Part shown: piece after piece, positions 62,201-64,000 of the stretch | Position numbering within the stretch: the stretch's first letter is position 1 | How the letters are laid out: each line of letters begins with the position of its first letter | The notes under the pieces: generated by a model | What the model was told of the DNA's origin: nothing | What the model saw: only the letters and a program-made list of their open reading frames with translations | Database searches by the model: none | Position numbers and translations under genes: made by a program | Source of the DNA: Bugula neritina | Taxonomy: Eukaryota > Animalia > Bryozoa | Direction of reading: 5' to 3' | Length of the DNA: 64,000 nt | NCBI GenBank assembly: GCA_964035545.1 | Contig: OZ037766.1 | Location: 21,564,767-21,628,766 of the forward strand

Positions 62201-63639
62201 GTATCACTACTATTACTTTCTCCTGTCATAGAAACATGGATATAAAGTTTCATTTTTAATTGGCCATTTTAAATTCTGGACCAAATTTATCTATAGTTAC
62301 GTCTTAACCTGTTTTAATAATATAAATTGCATATAGTAAAGCAATCAAATCAAAAGCAGCACAACTTGAAAAGGAGCACAACTCCAAAGTAATATTGTAT
62401 CAGCCTTTTAATCAAGTGTGAATATTTTGTTGTTTAGTGAAATGATAGCCTTGTCGAAAATAAAATCAGTGTATAGATGTTATTTCCTGTCACAAAATTT
62501 ATGTTTTCTCCAACAAGGTTGTTCACCCTGTTATATCAAACTTGTATATTTGTTTTATCCGGATAGCTTCAAATCCAGCCACTTACCCATCTAGACTTGG
62601 ACACCAGACACATCAATTCTCTATCTTTATCTAAGCAAAAGTTCGACATTCCTGTACAGATTAACAATGCAGATAAAAGTAAGAATGTGTGTTATAGGAT
62701 TTTATATTATTTATCATATTATGTAGCTGTTATATATTATACATCATGTTTATTTAAGAGAGTAGTTTTGCAATATATAAGTTTATGTAGAATGACAGGT
62801 ATATTGAAAGATGAGAAATATATGACAATATTTATTGTAATGTTCTTTCCATGCTAAGCAACTGATTGTAATAGGATTTATATTGTAGGTTTAATTTGTC
62901 TATTCTATATTATACAACATAAGAGTAAACAACCCCACAGACATAACAATATAGAATGTAGATGCATTAGTGGCGGCTTACACTCTTGTTTGATTACTAA
63001 AGTAAGAGTTGAATGTAGGTGGTGCTGCCGGTATACATAGACCAAATGCTGCTTATCCGTTCACATGTCACCTGTTGGCTGAATTCACTGGCTCTAATTC
63101 ACACCTACCAGATGTGTCTAGTTTATTTACTGCTGAACCTTCTCATGACCAACGTACAGGTAGGTCTGCAATAAATAGACTTGGAAGTTGTTTTTCCAGA
63201 TGTACTTTTTGATGACTATTGATATTAAAGAAAACCTGTGCCAATTGTATTTGTCTTTAATGCTTGGAATCTTTATAAATGCATATATTTTGATTTCATT
63301 TGTCAATACCTGTTTGTTAGTAAAGATAAAGTTTTAGGCCCAAACTATATTTATGGTGCAGTTTTCAATTGATTGTTGAATATTGCAGGGTCGTACAGCT
63401 GTACCCTCCTTGCTCAGTCTATTAATCCTCAGCTAAAGTTTCTACTTAGTGCGGTCGAGGGAAGTATTTTAGTCTCCGTCATATCTTTGGATAAAAAGGT
63501 CTCTTCTTTGCCATCAGCCATAACTTTCCTACCTCCCATAGATGTTCGCACCAAAGAGTTATATTTTACTGCAGCAGAACCACGGTCTTACTTAGAAGTG
63601 TCTGCTACTGCTACAACAATTTCTGAAGTAGATGTCAAG
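41222..63639 (+). CDS. NUP210: Nuclear pore membrane glycoprotein 210 (gp210), 3'-partial, ~30 coding exons visible
   Basis: Signal peptide then AAKLNEPKILLPY, GCFKWTSSRP, GEVLRCDVIVD, IETTTRELYLEDSP, GGPQPW, VFPPLRLEP, AVGGPQPQSSIEYS, TPFSF. Exons: 41222-41412, 42130-42392, 42599-42701, 44016-44166, 44692-44821, 45131-45259, 46174-46355, 46439-46579, 47168-47308, 47781-47948, 48565-48673, 49178-49407, 49492-49603, 49693-49864, 50414-50706, 50990-51166, 51584-51792, 52298-52567, 52840-53100, 53939-54105, 54621-54822, 55873-56035, 56424-56521, 60337-60506, 61161-61260, 61620-61749, 62037-62170, 62567-62678, 63019-63159, 63389-63639. TM segment and stop lie beyond the window. Confidence 0.93.
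42900..43845 (-). mobile_element. Mariner (Tc1/mariner) transposon, internally deleted, 946 bp, in NUP210 intron 3
   Basis: 33-bp TIRs cgagggtcagtcaataagtagtgggaattttgt / acaaaattcccactacttattgactgacccttg (1 mismatch) with TA on both sides; transposase motifs EQRAVIRFL, DEPRSGRP, RWVPKML, HPPYSPDLAPSDFHLF. Confidence 0.96.
42975..43685 (-). pseudogene. Mariner transposase pseudogene
   Basis: ATG 43685; in-frame TAA at 43533-43535 where Trp is expected (CYR*VHEFKNGR); the segment with the first two catalytic Asp (TGDE...HDNA) is missing between RECMRRL and RKIDELGW. Confidence 0.9.
47028..47085 (-). repeat. Truncated copy of the SINE 3' tail
   Basis: ctcacgtgagtttatactcaccatccctgcgagaactcctgatggaaagg aligns with ctcacgcaagtttatagtcactgcccctgtgagaaacccctcatgaaagg at 54365-54417. 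Confidence 0.65.
48465..48541. repeat. (TATAG)n microsatellite
   Basis: tatagtatagtatagtata runs just upstream of the acceptor at 48564. Confidence 0.85.
48765..48905. repeat. 24-bp minisatellite (CTATATACCTGTACTGTAGTATCA)n
   Basis: About 5.5 tandem copies in NUP210 intron 11. Confidence 0.9.
54360..54576 (-). mobile_element. tRNA-derived SINE
   Basis: Minus strand begins gggagcagccacgatctaggggttagaacgcttgcc (degenerate A box) ... gggttcgaacccc (B box), then body ggtagcgttaggaaaagcatccag and a 3' stem-loop aaacccct-ttcatg-aggggttt; the tail recurs at ~23850 and ~47050. Confidence 0.75.
55294..55364 (+). tRNA. tRNA-Gly (anticodon CCC), in NUP210 intron 21
   Basis: Cloverleaf: acceptor GCACCGC/GCGGTGC+A, anticodon arm CGAGA-TTCCCAT-TCTCG, T arm CCGGG-TTCGATT-CCCGG; 71 nt. 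Confidence 0.97.
55367..55373 (+). terminator. RNA polymerase III oligo-T terminator
   Basis: T7 run 2 nt after the tRNA discriminator base. Confidence 0.85.
56928..57295. mobile_element. Degenerate MITE copy (family of 38097 and 59183 elements)
   Basis: Starts tacttaatttagtacacatg; shares aaataatcaaggtt, ttagcgga, cattttaatatt-caggaccc and gaatcaacac blocks with 59183-59561. Confidence 0.7.
57909..58745. repeat. Diverged ~300-bp direct duplication (57909-58210 vs 58444-58745)
   Basis: Shared blocks ggctatgcaaaatgcaagcca, aatacaaatccaaat, aaactcaag, ataactacaa, agctctttaaa and agcaggagaa in the same order. Confidence 0.75.
58953..59180. repeat. Two tandem copies of a GTAATT-rich repeat starting CAG(A/G)GTT(A/G)GGGTAATTG
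   Basis: Units begin near 58953 and 59087; internal tgtaattgattgtaattaattac arrays resemble a MITE end. Confidence 0.7.
59183..59561. mobile_element. MITE with TIRs, TA-flanked
   Basis: tacttattttagtacacat ... atgtgtactaaataaagta; termini related to the 38097-38498 foldback. Confidence 0.75.
59685..60065. mobile_element. PIF/Harbinger-like MITE, 381 bp, TTA TSD
   Basis: TIR aggcctggcctcacg...gtgagaatcacacgaaa / tttcgtgtgattctcac...cgtgaggccaggcct; TTA at 59682-59684 and 60066-60068. Confidence 0.88.
60725..61115. repeat. 16-bp minisatellite (TGTATCACCTCACTAC)n
   Basis: About 24 tandem units in NUP210 intron 24; stop-free in all three + frames, giving spurious ORFs. Confidence 0.93.
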
Positions 63640-64000
63640 GTATAATATGTATTGTGTGTCTAGTGTAATATGCTGTTTTTTTGTCGGATCATAAAGTTTT
63701 GTTTACACCTCTGCTGAAAAAAGTACCGAGTTTTAGTTAATTTTACTCTTCCATGTACCAGTTTATAGTTCTACTGAAAATCGTTGAAATCAAATTGATG
63801 CGGAAGCTTACTTTCTAATAGTAAAATATGGCTCGCCTAGTTGCTATTTGATGCCCTTTGAAAACGTACTGAATTAGTAAAGTTGACAGCATAAAAGCGA
63901 TAATTGAGAAAGCAAGCCAATATAATTATAAACATGAAGTTTTTACTTGAATCGCTGAAGCTTTATTTAACGATTTTTAAATACTCAATCTATTAGCCAA

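Overview
AT-rich, intron-rich eukaryotic (metazoan, invertebrate-like) genomic DNA; the species cannot be determined from the sequence. Manual splicing at GT-AG sites supports five protein-coding genes. These are the 3' part of a GEN1 Holliday-junction resolvase (+, to 5281), an IQSEC/BRAG ARF-GEF with its whole CDS in one exon (+, 14835-16802), a small two-exon single-pass membrane protein resembling KCNE/MinK subunits (-, 27966-28982), an 11-exon WIPI2/ATG18 PROPPIN (+, 31792-39912), and the first ~30 exons of NUP210/gp210 (+, from 41222, running off the window end). RNA genes are a U1 snRNA (27069-27231) and an intronic tRNA-Gly(CCC) (55294-55364). Mobile DNA includes an internally deleted mariner, several MITE families (foldback, Harbinger-like, nested), a tRNA-derived SINE with truncated copies, a decayed LINE RT fragment and several minisatellites. 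I found no CRISPR array or prokaryotic system. The most notable items are the KCNE-like protein, the intronless IQSEC, the ~950-bp catalytic-core-deleted mariner and a micro-duplication rewriting the WIPI C-terminus. Exon coordinates and homology calls come from manual reading and recalled family motifs, not from database searches.
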